DNA of 63,949 nt, filler included, from Acidimicrobiia bacterium (lineage in GTDB: Bacteria; Actinomycetota; Acidimicrobiia; Spongiisociales; CAZKJJ01): NCBI GenBank assembly GCA_046759765.1. It is 4 parts of 4 records of this genome, joined end to end, with 100 filler letters (N's around TTAATTAATTAA, not from the genome) between each part and the next. Parts side by side here need not be neighbours in the genome. Positions count along the whole stretch, not along the records: positions 1 to 17,723 come from JBHICV010000039.1; 3 more parts are not named here. One strand, given 5' to 3'. Positions within the stretch are counted from its first letter, which is position 1. Every line of letters starts with the position of its first letter. Below are positions 1-10,200 of the stretch, piece by piece. Made by a program: the position numbers and the translations under genes. The notes beneath the pieces were generated by a model. That model was not told where the DNA came from and searched no databases. It was given only the letters and a program-made list of their open reading frames with translations.

Positions 1-1
1 C

Positions 2-733
2 GGCAGCAGGGGGCTGGGACATCAGACGTGCACCGATCAGCTCAAGCTGATGGGCAGCGCCATGCAGAAACACGGGATCGAGGTCCCCGATCGGCAGCTC
101 GCCAGCGTGCCGGTCCAGTCCGCCGAAGGGGAGGACTACCTGGGAGCCATGGCCGCCTCGGCCAACTTCGCCTGGGCGAACCGGCATATCTTGGCGCACG
201 AAGCGCGCCGGGCATTCGCGGCCGCGTTTGGCCTGCCGCTGAACAAGATCGGCATGCACCTGGTCTACGACGTAGCGCACAATCTCGCCAAGATCGAAGA
301 GCACGATGTGAACGGACGAAGCCGCCAGCTTTGCGTCCACCGGAAAGGAGCGACTCGGGCCTTTGGCTCTGGTCACCCGAGCCTGCCCGAGGACATCCGA
401 CCCGTAGGTCAGCCCGTCTTGATCCCGGGAAGCATGGGAACGGCCTCCTGGGTACTGCGCGGGTTGGACACGAACGACGCTTTCTCGTCCGCCGCCCACG
501 GCGCAGGCCGGGTCATGAGCCGGGCCAAGGCGAAGAAAGTCGAGTCGGGCCACGACGTCCGGCGCGATCTGGAGCGAGAAGGGATCTCTGTCCGCCCGGG
601 CTCGGTGAAGCTCCTCTCAGAGGAAGCTCCCTACGCCTATAAAGACGTCGACGCGGTGGTCGACGTTTGTCAGGAGGCCGGCCTGGCCGGCAAGGTCGCC
701 CGCCTCCGCCCGGTGGGAGTGGTGAAGGGCTAA
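2..733 (+). CDS. rtcB: RNA ligase RtcB, 5'-partial
   Basis: GSRGLGHQ, YDVAHN, HRKGAT, PGSMG, HGAGR, EEAPxAYKD and C-terminal VVKG motifs; frame open to window edge. Confidence 0.95.
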   Translation, partial: GSRGLGHQTCTDQLKLMGSAMQKHGIEVPDRQLASVPVQSAEGEDYLGAMAASANFAWANRHILAHEARRAFAAAFGLPLNKIGMHLVYDVAHNLAKIEEHDVNGRSRQLCVHRKGATRAFGSGHPSLPEDIRPVGQPVLIPGSMGTASWVLRGLDTNDAFSSAAHGAGRVMSRAKAKKVESGHDVRRDLEREGISVRPGSVKLLSEEAPYAYKDVDAVVDVCQEAGLAGKVARLRPVGVVKG

Positions 734-734
734 G

Positions 735-791
735 ACGCGTTCTTGTCAATCTCAGTGCCGCTGGGCGCTATCTCGATTGACAGAAACGCGT
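735..791. repeat. Extragenic palindrome copy 1 (GTCAATC-N23-GATTGAC family)
   Basis: ACGCGTTCTTGTCAATC (735-751), 23-nt spacer, GATTGACAGAAACGCGT (775-791); arms complementary at 15/17. Confidence 0.9.
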
Positions 792-1696
792 AGCGCTTGG
801 CGGAGCTGGGCGATGACATTCCCCGGCGACCCGCGGAGATCTGCAGCGGTGTACCTGAGTACTCGATAGCCAACCATCAGGAGCCGGTTCTGACGCTCAC
901 GATCTCGTGTGAATGCAGCGGGGTCCGAGTGGTAAGCGTATCCGTCCAGCTCGATGAGCAGCCGGCGGTCCGGATACGCGAAATCAACGCGCCCGATGAC
1001 CCCGCGCGAGTCTGATATTTCACGTTGGGCCAACGGAAAAGGAAGGCCTTCCTTGACAAGCAGACGTCTGAACTGATCCTCTAGCTCGCTTTCAGTTGTC
1101 TCGGCCCACCTAGCACGGGCCTCCACCAACCCGCGTACCACTCTCACGCCGTTTCGCCCCTGCCGACCTAGATCCGTCACGATCTCCGCCATCTCCTCGT
1201 AGGACGTCAGCCCCTGCCTCAACGCTGCGTCAAGCGCACGCTCTGTCTGTCGGGGGTGCGCAGAACCCCCCAAATCGAGGATGGTTCGAGCCGGAGTCGT
1301 GACTGGGATATCCGAAGTGACCGTTACATACGGTTCGGCCAGATCCGTGGAACGGTGCAATACGAAGTGGCGGCCCCTCCATCTGGGCCTCGTCGTTGCT
1401 ACATGAACTGGGTACCGATCCCGATCAGCCAGCTCCCAGAGGATGGCGGCGGTCTGGTGGGACGCCACAGCTTCGTCAGCCACCGAAAGAACCGCCAAGA
1501 GAACGTCTTGGTGCCACGAAGAGGGGACTCCGGCCAACCGATAAACCGCCGGGGCCACCCGGATCCACGCCTGCCTGTCATGCAGGCGCTGGATTGATCT
1601 TGGACCAACACCAGCCTCGACAGCTTGCTGATGCGTAATCAAGCCGTACTGGCAAGCGGCGATGTGATTGACGTCGCTTTCAACTACAGGATCCAC
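752..1696 (-). CDS. AbiEi-like wHTH + DUF559 (Vsr-like) endonuclease protein
   Basis: N-term QYGLIT...WIRVAPAVYRL (AbiEi wHTH), central PVTTPARTILDL, C-term RVDFAYP-LLIELDG-YH-DRERQN-GYRVLRYT (DUF559). Confidence 0.88.
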   Translation of the reverse strand: MDPVVESDVNHIAACQYGLITHQQAVEAGVGPRSIQRLHDRQAWIRVAPAVYRLAGVPSSWHQDVLLAVLSVADEAVASHQTAAILWELADRDRYPVHVATTRPRWRGRHFVLHRSTDLAEPYVTVTSDIPVTTPARTILDLGGSAHPRQTERALDAALRQGLTSYEEMAEIVTDLGRQGRNGVRVVRGLVEARARWAETTESELEDQFRRLLVKEGLPFPLAQREISDSRGVIGRVDFAYPDRRLLIELDGYAYHSDPAAFTRDRERQNRLLMVGYRVLRYTAADLRGSPGNVIAQLRQALRVSVNRDSAQRH

Positions 1697-1735
1697 GTGC
1701 CTGAAGTATCAGATGTGTCACGTGTCTTCAATATG

Positions 1736-1790
1736 CGCGTTTTAGTCAATCTGAATCCCGCCAGGCGCCATCTCGATTGACAGAAACGCG
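1736..1790. repeat. Extragenic palindrome copy 2
   Basis: CGCGTTTTAGTCAATC-N23-GATTGACAGAAACGCG; 1770-1790 identical to 770-790 of copy 1, same orientation. Confidence 0.9.
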
Positions 1791-1797
1791 GACGGGG

Positions 1798-2256
1798 TTA
1801 GACCGCGGCCAGGGCCTTCGCGTAGGCCTCATGGGGCCGAGCCTCACCCAGTTCGTCGGAGAAGATGATGTTCCGGACGACTCCGTCGGCATCAAGGACA
1901 TAGGTGTAGCGCTTGGCGTAGCCGCGCCTGTCGTCAAAGCAGCCGTAGGCCATCGCTACTTCACCGTGCGGCCAGAAGTCGGACAGAATCGAGAACTGAT
2001 ACTCCTGCTCTACGGCCCAGCGGGCGTTGACCGCGATCGTGTCGCAAGTGATGGCAATCACGTTGGCGTCCATGCCGTCGAACACACCCAGATCGTCCCG
2101 GATGGCGCACAGCTCACCCTGACAGACGGACGTGAAGGGATAGGGGATGAAGACAATCAGCGACTTCCGACCGGCGAGATCCGACAGCGACACCTTCTGC
2201 AGGTTCTGATCCCGGAGAGAGAAGTCAGGTGCGGGCTTTCCGATCTCAGCGACCAT
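1798..2256 (-). CDS. Peroxiredoxin, AhpE/BCP-like
   Basis: APDFSLRDQN, PFTSVCQGE peroxidatic motif, LSDFWPHGEVA; ATG overlaps upstream TGA. Confidence 0.88.
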   Translation of the reverse strand: MVAEIGKPAPDFSLRDQNLQKVSLSDLAGRKSLIVFIPYPFTSVCQGELCAIRDDLGVFDGMDANVIAITCDTIAVNARWAVEQEYQFSILSDFWPHGEVAMAYGCFDDRRGYAKRYTYVLDADGVVRNIIFSDELGEARPHEAYAKALAAV

Positions 2257-4898
2257 CAACCACGCCCCACCTCTCGGGCCAACTCGAGAGTCTCGGGCAG
2301 CGTCAACGACCGGCCCCGGGCTTCGGCCTCAGCCTGCACATCCGCCGATACTCTCTGAGTGGCTGGGGAGATCTGTCTCTCGTACCACTCCCGCTCCGCG
2401 TAATTTGCGTGGACGCCTACCGAGTCTCGTAGCGCTTCTGTAGCCCACCAGAGTGCCATGGCATCTTGTGGTCGATCCTGCTCGTTGGCGAAGCCCGCCA
2501 CCGAACCGAGGCAGTGGCTTAGGCAGCCCAGATTGCCGATCTCCACGAAAGCGTCCAGGGCCTCATCGAATAAGGACGACGCCAGCTCCCTGTCGCCGCT
2601 GTACCAGGCAAGGTTCGCTCGCACTTCCAGAAGGTGGCCCAGGAGGTTGCGTTCCCCTAGCTGACGCCCAGCTGGTAGAAGTGTCTCGACAACTGCGAGC
2701 GAGCGTTCCTGCTCCTCATCGCTCCAGTCCGGTGAGCCGAGTTTGGTCAATGAGCTAAGCGCCTGGATGAAGCTGGCGTATCCCAGGCCGTGCTGATCCC
2801 CGATCTGACTAAAGACTGCCACCGCTTCGTTAACCAAAGAACCGAACTCGGCATCCGGACCGCTTCGGTAAACGCGAGCAGTTGCCCCATTGACCAGCGC
2901 CCAACCTTCGAGTCGCTTCGATCCCGAGGATCGAGCTAGTTCGACGGCTTCTGAAAGCCAGCTCTCCGCCTGTTCCGGGTCGGTAGTTCGAAACGCAAAC
3001 TCGCCCGCTCCGATCAAGACCCGAGCCCGAAGTTTCGGATCGACACCTGGGTCCTCTGCGAATAACTGCCGGTACCACCGTCGGCACTCGCCGAAGTGCG
3101 CTCGGAGCCACCAGAAGAAGGACAACCCGCCGGCCATCCGGAAAGCGGCCGTGTAGTCACCCCTGTCCACCGCCCGCTCCAGCACCACCCTCAGGTTGTC
3201 GTGCTCGGAATCGAAGACCGCCAGCGCTTCCAGCTGGTCTCTGCTCTGTACCTTGCGATGGTTGTGCTCCGCTACATCAATGAAGAATTCCATGTGCCGA
3301 GCAACGGTCTCTTCTTCCTCTTGCTCGGCGACCAGCTGCACCCATCCGTACTCGCGGATGGTCTCCAGCATGCGGTAGCGAGTCGAGCCGTCTAGCCGAT
3401 CGGCGATCACCAGCGACTGATCGACCAGGCTCGAGATGTGAGGCAGCGCGCCTACCGGACCCCACGACTCGGACGCACACACAGCCTCAACGGCCTCCAT
3501 CGTGAACCCGCCTCGAAACACGGACAGGTTGCGCATTAGCTCGCGCTCCTCGTCCGCGAGCAATTCGTAGCTCCAGCTGATAGCGGCTTCCAACGTCTCG
3601 TGTCTTGGTATAGAGGACCGGGCGGCGCCGAGAAGGGCAAAACGATCATCGAGCCGGACGGCGATCTCACTGGGCGAGAGGACACGAGCCTGGGCCGCGG
3701 CCAGCTCCAGAGCGAGCGGAATCCCGTCGAGGCGGCGGCAGATCTCTACCACCGCGGGTGCATCCTCGGGTTGCAGAGCGAACCCAGAGGTGGCCTGCGC
3801 TGCGCGCTCCGCGAAGAGGCGGACCGAGGGAGAGAGCTCTATCTCGTCCGCCTCACCCACATCAGGCACCGGCAGAGGCGGAACTTGCCACACGACCTCG
3901 CCGGCGATCCCCAGCGGCTGTCGCGAGGTAGCCAGGATCTTGACGTCGGGGCAAGCCCGGAGTAACTCGCCAACAAACTCGGCGACGCCCCGGATCAGAT
4001 GCTCACAGTTGTCCAGCGTGAGAAGGAGCATCTGATCCCTCATTGCCGCGATCAGCGTCTCCATCACCGGCCGATCGGCCTGCTCTTGGATGGAAAGAGC
4101 GCTTGCCACCTCCTTGGGAATGACCCCTTCATCGACGAGAGGTGCCAGCTCCACAAACCAAGCGCCCTCCGCGAACCGGTCCAGGAGATCGGCGGCTACC
4201 TGCAACGAGAGCCGGGTCTTTCCGACGCCCCCCGGACCGGCCAGGGTAAGCAGCCGCGCCTCGCCTACGAGCCGCTCGGCTTCGGATAGTTCACCTTCGC
4301 GACCGATCAGAGCCGTTAGCTGTGCCGGCAGATTGTGAGGGCTGCCCTCGAGCGACCTAAGGGCGGGAAACTCGGACCGGAGGCCAGGATGAAGTACCTG
4401 AAAGATCTCCTCGGGCCTAGTGAGGTCTTTAAGCAAATGCGCCCCTAGATCGAGCAGCTCAGCCTCAGCGGGGAGATCATCTCGGACCAGCTCCTGGGTG
4501 GCGAGACTAAGAACAATCTGCCCTCCGTGAGCCGTCGCCATCAGCCGCGCGGCTCGGTTGACCGACGAGCCGTAATAGTCGCCACCTCGCTCCTGCGCCT
4601 CGCCGCTGTGAAGTCCCATTCGAACCGCGAGCGGCTCCGGCAGATCCCAGTCCTCCGAACTCAGCCGGAGCTGCGCCTCAACCGTTGCGGCAACCGCATC
4701 GCCTGCCGCGGCGAATACAGCGTGGAATCCGTCTCCTAGCTGCTTGATCACGTGTCCGGAGTGCTCAGGAATGATCGAGCTGATGATCTCGTCGTGGCGG
4801 GCTACCGCCGTTGTCATCGGCTCGGAATGCTGCTCCCACAGGCGCGTGCTGCCCTCAATGTCAGTGAAGAGGAATGTGACGGTTCCGGAGGGGAGCAC
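2256..4898 (-). CDS. Class III nucleotide cyclase + STAND ATPase + TPR protein
   Basis: TFLFTDIEGST, GDGF, VRMGLHSG, VNRAARL; Walker A GPGGVGKT; LDNCEHL; LDGIPLALELAA. Confidence 0.9.
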   Translation of the reverse strand: MLPSGTVTFLFTDIEGSTRLWEQHSEPMTTAVARHDEIISSIIPEHSGHVIKQLGDGFHAVFAAAGDAVAATVEAQLRLSSEDWDLPEPLAVRMGLHSGEAQERGGDYYGSSVNRAARLMATAHGGQIVLSLATQELVRDDLPAEAELLDLGAHLLKDLTRPEEIFQVLHPGLRSEFPALRSLEGSPHNLPAQLTALIGREGELSEAERLVGEARLLTLAGPGGVGKTRLSLQVAADLLDRFAEGAWFVELAPLVDEGVIPKEVASALSIQEQADRPVMETLIAAMRDQMLLLTLDNCEHLIRGVAEFVGELLRACPDVKILATSRQPLGIAGEVVWQVPPLPVPDVGEADEIELSPSVRLFAERAAQATSGFALQPEDAPAVVEICRRLDGIPLALELAAAQARVLSPSEIAVRLDDRFALLGAARSSIPRHETLEAAISWSYELLADEERELMRNLSVFRGGFTMEAVEAVCASESWGPVGALPHISSLVDQSLVIADRLDGSTRYRMLETIREYGWVQLVAEQEEEETVARHMEFFIDVAEHNHRKVQSRDQLEALAVFDSEHDNLRVVLERAVDRGDYTAAFRMAGGLSFFWWLRAHFGECRRWYRQLFAEDPGVDPKLRARVLIGAGEFAFRTTDPEQAESWLSEAVELARSSGSKRLEGWALVNGATARVYRSGPDAEFGSLVNEAVAVFSQIGDQHGLGYASFIQALSSLTKLGSPDWSDEEQERSLAVVETLLPAGRQLGERNLLGHLLEVRANLAWYSGDRELASSLFDEALDAFVEIGNLGCLSHCLGSVAGFANEQDRPQDAMALWWATEALRDSVGVHANYAEREWYERQISPATQRVSADVQAEAEARGRSLTLPETLELAREVGRG

Positions 4899-4907
4899 CC
4901 CCAGAAG

Positions 4908-5969
4908 TTAGTCAGCGGCGACGTCGCGCAAGGGGGACAGGAAACGGTTGCGGGGGCCTTCCGCAAGGGATACGGGGCCGGCGCAACGTAAGACTCGAAC
5001 CGCCTCCGATCCAATCATGGAGCCGATCCTCTCGGCTTCGGACTCCACTTGGAGCCACCGGGCCCGAGCCCACGAATCGAAGGGCGCCACCTTGATCTCG
5101 AGATTGGAGTCGTCTGCTCCGAGGTCCCAGATGCCAACCACCCGGCCGCCTACGAGCACGACGGACGTGGCGTTCCCTCTCGGGTCGTAGACAAACGGAA
5201 GCCGATCCTCTTGAACGAGCCGGGAGCGGTCCCAGTAAGCCACCAGCAGCGCATCCCAGACGGGGAGCAGCCGGAGACCGCTTACGTGTTCGAGGCCCTC
5301 TGTGGAAGTGTCCGCCTCCGCGGCTGCCTCTGATGCCTGCTTTGCGGTCAGCCCCGACCACCAGCGAAAGTCCTCAACCGAGGCCGGGCCATACGCCTCG
5401 AAATACAGGCGGGCCAGCTCCCCCCGAGCATCCGAGACATCGACAGCCGCCGGATCCACCGAAGGCAGCCAGTTCTCCCAGCGCGCATAGGTGAAGCGAT
5501 CACTTCTCCAACTGCCGGTGACTATTGCTCTTACCACCCTGAACTCGGTCGCCATCAACGCAATCACGTACTTGAGGGCATCCGCGTCGCTCCGGTCCCC
5601 TGGATCGAGCCGCTTCCGAATCTCCGATGCGCTCAGAGGACCGTCGGCCAAGAGTTCGTACACGCGCCCAGCCCAGGTCTCGTAATCATCGGTGGCCAGC
5701 GCTTTGGCAACTATCGGCGTCAGGCCCTTGAGATGCTGCTCCTGGGTAGCCGGCGCGGCGACCTCGAGGAGCTCCAGCGGCACGATGTAAAGGCTCCCGC
5801 GCATGCAACGCACGCGGGCGGCTGACCGGTCCGCGTACAACACCCGGTCGAGATCCGAGAGCTCGAAGTCGTCAGCCCTGGCCAGCAGCGAGAGGTAGCA
5901 GGTCGGAGCAGTGCCATAGACGCCGATCGCTTGGGTTGTGAGCTCAAGAAGGGCGGCCCCGGTCGTCAC
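4908..5969 (-). CDS. AlkZ-like (HTH_42) winged-helix DNA glycosylase family protein
   Basis: YLSLLAR, MRGSLYIV, YFEAYGPAS-DF-WWSGL, LRLLPVWD, VLVGGRVVGIW. Confidence 0.75.
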   Translation of the reverse strand: MTTGAALLELTTQAIGVYGTAPTCYLSLLARADDFELSDLDRVLYADRSAARVRCMRGSLYIVPLELLEVAAPATQEQHLKGLTPIVAKALATDDYETWAGRVYELLADGPLSASEIRKRLDPGDRSDADALKYVIALMATEFRVVRAIVTGSWRSDRFTYARWENWLPSVDPAAVDVSDARGELARLYFEAYGPASVEDFRWWSGLTAKQASEAAAEADTSTEGLEHVSGLRLLPVWDALLVAYWDRSRLVQEDRLPFVYDPRGNATSVVLVGGRVVGIWDLGADDSNLEIKVAPFDSWARARWLQVESEAERIGSMIGSEAVRVLRCAGPVSLAEGPRNRFLSPLRDVAAD

Positions 5970-7192
5970 ACCTTTGGTGAGGCTCCGGCCTCGTACCGGC
6001 GTAGCTCCCGTCTGGCCACCGAGCGGATGTGAACCTCGTCGGGACCGTCCGCAATCTGCAGGGTCCTTGCATGGGCATACATGGCGGCTAGTGGAAAGTC
6101 AGCGGTTACCCCAGCCCCGCCGAAAGCCTGCATCGCTCGATCAATAACCCAGACGGCGGTTCTAGGAGCCACAACCTTGATCGCCGACACCTCGATTCGC
6201 GCACCCTTGACGCCAACCGTGTCGATCAGCCACGCCGTCTTCAACACGAGAAGCCGTGCTTGCTCGATTCGGAGCCTCGCCTCCGCGATCCAATCCTGCA
6301 CCACCCCCTGCTCGGAAATCGTCTGCCCGAAGGCTTCTCGCCCAAGCACCCGCTCGCACATGAGATCGAAGGCCCTTTCGGCCATTCCGATCGCCCGCAT
6401 GCAGTGGTGAATCCTCCCGGGACCGAGCCGGGCCTGCGCGATAGCAAACCCTGCACCTTCCTCGCCCAACAAGTTCTGAGCCGGAACCCGGACGCCGTCA
6501 AAGTTGATCTGTGGATGGCCACCCCGGTCGTGATACCCGAAAACATGAAGCGGGCGCTCGATCTCGACGCCCTTGGCGTCGAGGGGCACTAGCACCATGC
6601 TTTGCCGGTGGTAGGGGTCGGCGTCGGGGTTGGTAACCCCCATGACGATGCTCACCTTGCAGCGTGGACTCGCCGCTCCTGAAGACCACCACTTGCGGCC
6701 GTGCACGACGTAGTGGTCGCCGTCGGGCGTGATGCTGGTTCTGATGTTTGTTGCATCCGACGAGGCGACGTCCGGCTCAGTCATCGAGAAGCAGCTGCGA
6801 ATCTCGCCTTCCAGCAGGGGAACGAGCCACTTCTGTTGCTGATCCGGAGTCCCGAACATCGCCAGGATCTCCATGTTCCCGGTGTCCGGAGCAGAGCAGT
6901 TGAGCGCCTCGGGAGCCAGCCACGGGCTGCGGCCCGTTATCTCGGCCAATGGGGCGTAGTCGAGCACGGAGATGCCGGCCCCCCACTTCTCATCGGGCAG
7001 GAAGAGGTTCCACAAGCTCCGTGAACGGGCTTCTTTCTTCAGCTCCTCGACGATCGGAGGGTGGAAGTTGGGATCGGCGGCGGCTTCCATCTGCTGTTCG
7101 TAGACGGCCTCTGCCGGATAGACGTGACGGTCCATGAAGTCGAGGAGGTTCTCACGCAACTCCTCGACTCGAGATGAGAACGCGAAATCCAT
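5966..7192 (-). CDS. Acyl-CoA dehydrogenase (ACAD10/11-like)
   Basis: NCSAPDTGNME, FSMTEPDVASSDATN, AQARLGPGRIHHCMR, ADGPDEVH; start taken at MDFAFS. Confidence 0.93.
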   Translation of the reverse strand: MDFAFSSRVEELRENLLDFMDRHVYPAEAVYEQQMEAAADPNFHPPIVEELKKEARSRSLWNLFLPDEKWGAGISVLDYAPLAEITGRSPWLAPEALNCSAPDTGNMEILAMFGTPDQQQKWLVPLLEGEIRSCFSMTEPDVASSDATNIRTSITPDGDHYVVHGRKWWSSGAASPRCKVSIVMGVTNPDADPYHRQSMVLVPLDAKGVEIERPLHVFGYHDRGGHPQINFDGVRVPAQNLLGEEGAGFAIAQARLGPGRIHHCMRAIGMAERAFDLMCERVLGREAFGQTISEQGVVQDWIAEARLRIEQARLLVLKTAWLIDTVGVKGARIEVSAIKVVAPRTAVWVIDRAMQAFGGAGVTADFPLAAMYAHARTLQIADGPDEVHIRSVARRELRRYEAGASPKV

Positions 7193-7283
7193 CACTAAGC
7201 CTCGTCTTGGTGTTCGGCCCAGCGTAGAACCTACGCAAGCCACATCGAACTAGGCGCTCGGAGCAGCGGTAGCCTCAGAGCAG

Positions 7284-10200
7284 ATGGCCTGTCCCAATTG
7301 CGGCGCAGACACCGTTTCCGGTCAGAAGTTCTGCTTCGAGTGTGGAACTGAGCTGGCCGTGGCCTGCTCGAACTGTGAAGCCCCGTTGCCTGCCGGCGCC
7401 AAGTTCTGTGGGGAGTGCGGGACGCCGACCGGAGAGGCAATCACCGCGACAGCTTCACCTTCGGCCGCAGCGCCGGCGCCAGACGTCGCCGAACCGACCG
7501 CGGAGCGGAGGCTTGTCTCTGTTCTCTTTGCGGATCTGGTCGGATTCACGGCAACTTCCGAGCACCGCGATCCCGAGGAGGTCCGCGAGTTTCTGACCCG
7601 CTACTCCGAGCTGGCGACCGACACGATCCAACGCTACGGAGGCACCGTCGACAAGTTCATCGGTGACGGGGTGATGGCAATCTGGGGCACACCGACCGCA
7701 TTCGAGGACGACGCCGAGCGGGCAGTGCGAGCCGCGCTCGATTTGGCGCCCGACGTCGAGACCCTAGGTAACGAGTTCGGCGTTCCTGGATTGTCGGTTC
7801 GCGCCGGCATCGCTACCGGGGAGGCCGCGGTGACACTGGATGCGGGGTCCCACGGAATGGTGGCCGGGGATCTCGTGAACACAGCATCAAGGCTCGAGGC
7901 GGCGGCGGAACCGGGGACAGTCCTGGTCAACGAAGCCACTCAGCTAGCCACCAATGAAGCCATCTCGTACGAGCCGGCGGGTGACCTGACCCTCAAGGGC
8001 AAGACGCAGCCGGTTGCCGTGTGGCAGCCACTGCAGGTTGTCGCTATGCGTGGCGGCGCCGGCCGAGCCTCGGGCCTAGAAGCCCCCTTCGTCGGTCGGG
8101 TGGCCGAGCTCCAGCTGCTCAAGGACCTGTTTCAGGCAACAGTCCGGGACGAGCGAGCTCATCTCGTCTCGGTGCAGGGCATCCCCGGCATCGGCAAGAG
8201 CCGTCTTATCTGGGAGTTCGAGAAGTACCTGGACGGCTTGGCCGACCTCTTCTACTGGCACCAGGGACGGTCACCGGCCTATGGAGAGGGCGTCACCTTC
8301 TGGGCCTTGGGTGAGATGGTCCGCCGCCGAGCGGGCATCGCCGAGAACGATGATCACTTCTTCACCACTCTTCAACTGGACGCGATCGTGGACGAGTTCG
8401 TGCCCAAGGAAGATCGCCGATGGATCTCTACTGCCTTGCAGGTGCTCCTTGGAGTCTCAGACTCCCCCGGAGTTGAGCGTGACGAGCTCTTCGCCGCCTG
8501 GAGAACCTTCTTCCAGCATTTGTCCTCTCAGGCACCCGCAGTCATGGTGTTCGAGGATCTCCAGTGGGCTGACCATGGCACTCTCGACTTCGTCGAGTCG
8601 TTGCTCGAGTGGTCACGTGACTATCCGATCTTTGTCGTCACGTTGGCGAGACCCGAGCTACTCGACCGCCGCGAGAACTGGGGAGCTGGTCAACGGGGCT
8701 TCACGGGTCTGCACTTGGAACCGCTGTCACATCCAGAGATCGAGGAGCTGCTCACCGGTTTAGCTCCCGGGCTGCCGGACGACTTGGTAACCGGAATCGT
8801 CGAGCGATCCGAAGGAGTGCCGCTCTACGCCGTCGAGACGGTGCGGATGTTGATCGGCCAAGGGCACCTGGTCCCGGAAGGAGACGGCTATGTGCTTACG
8901 GGTGACCTGCCCGAATTGGCGGTGCCAGAAACCCTTCATGCGCTAGTCGCAGCTCGCCTGGACACCCTCGACCGCGACGACCGGCAACTTCTGCAGAAGG
9001 CCTCTGTCCTAGGACAGACCTTCCCTGCGAAAGGCCTGGCTTCACTTGCGGGTCTGTCCCCCGGCGAAGTCGAGCAAAGGCTCGAGCTACTCGTCCGGCG
9101 CGAGATCCTGAGCATCGAGGCGGACCCACGATCACCTGAACGAGGGCAATACAAGTTCGTGCAGGGCGTGATTAAGGAGGTTGCATACTCCAGCCTCGGC
9201 CGAGCCGAACGGGGCTCACTCCACATTCAGGTGGCCGAGCTTCTCGAGGAGCAAGGCGACGACGAGCTGGCAGGTGTCATCGCCTCCCACCTGGTCGACG
9301 CATATCACGCCGTGCCGCAGGCCGAACGAGCTGACGATCTGACGAGGAGAACACTGGAAGCCCTGGAATCGGCCGCGATCAGGGCCGGCACTCTCGGGTC
9401 ACACGCGCAGGCGGTTGCCCATCTCGAACAGGCGATGGACGTCTCCGTCGAGGCCGTCGAGCAAGCCGACCTGCAGGAACGAGCAGGGAGCTCAGCGGTC
9501 TTAGCCGGCCTGAACGAAGTCGCCCGCAGCCACTTCGCCAATGCTCTCGAGCACGCAAGAAGGCGGAGCGACCGTCAGGCCATTGCCCGATCGGCAGCCG
9601 GACTTGGCGGAGTGCTGCTCATGGAGTCCCAGGTCGACGAGGCAATAGAGCTCCTGGACTCCGTACGCAGCGAAATAGAGGGCATGGAAGCAACGACTGA
9701 TTCAGTCGTGCTACACGCGCAACTCGGCCGAGCGCACGCGTTTCATGAAAACGGACTCGAAGCGATGACAGAGATCGAGAAGGCCCTCACAGAGGCCGCC
9801 CGTCTCGACCTGATCGAGGTTGTGATGGACGCCCTCATAACAAAAGCCTGGGCACTCACTCTCCTCGGCCGCGAGCGGGAGGCGGAGGCGGTGACCGAGG
9901 GCGCAATGAGCTTCTCCGCCCGCCACGGTCTCACACGATCAGATCTGCGCGCCCGAAACAACATCGCCGCCTACTCCAGCTGGACCGAACCCGTCTGGAC
10001 ACTCGGGATCGTCCAGGACGGCTTCGAGATGGCCAGAAAGAGCGGCGACATGGACAACGTAGGCGTTCTCGGCTCGAAAGCGGCGTGGTCGGCGATCCAA
10101 ACCGGCGCATGGGACCTGGCAATGGACATCATCGATGAGTTACGCGAGGAGACGCACTCTTGGTTTGTGCGTAACCAGGTTGGATTCTCGCTGGCTGAAC

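Noticed and set aside
752..1696. Type IV toxin-antitoxin (AbiE) or an RtcB-linked RNA-damage module
   Set aside because: No AbiEii toxin adjacent, and the gene is convergent with rtcB rather than co-transcribed.
735..1790. Exact 1000-bp offset between palindrome copies 1 and 2, and possible CRISPR or composite transposon reading
   Set aside because: Copies differ internally so it is not a duplication artefact; the offset is likely coincidence. No repeat-spacer array, cas gene, transposase or clear target-site duplication.
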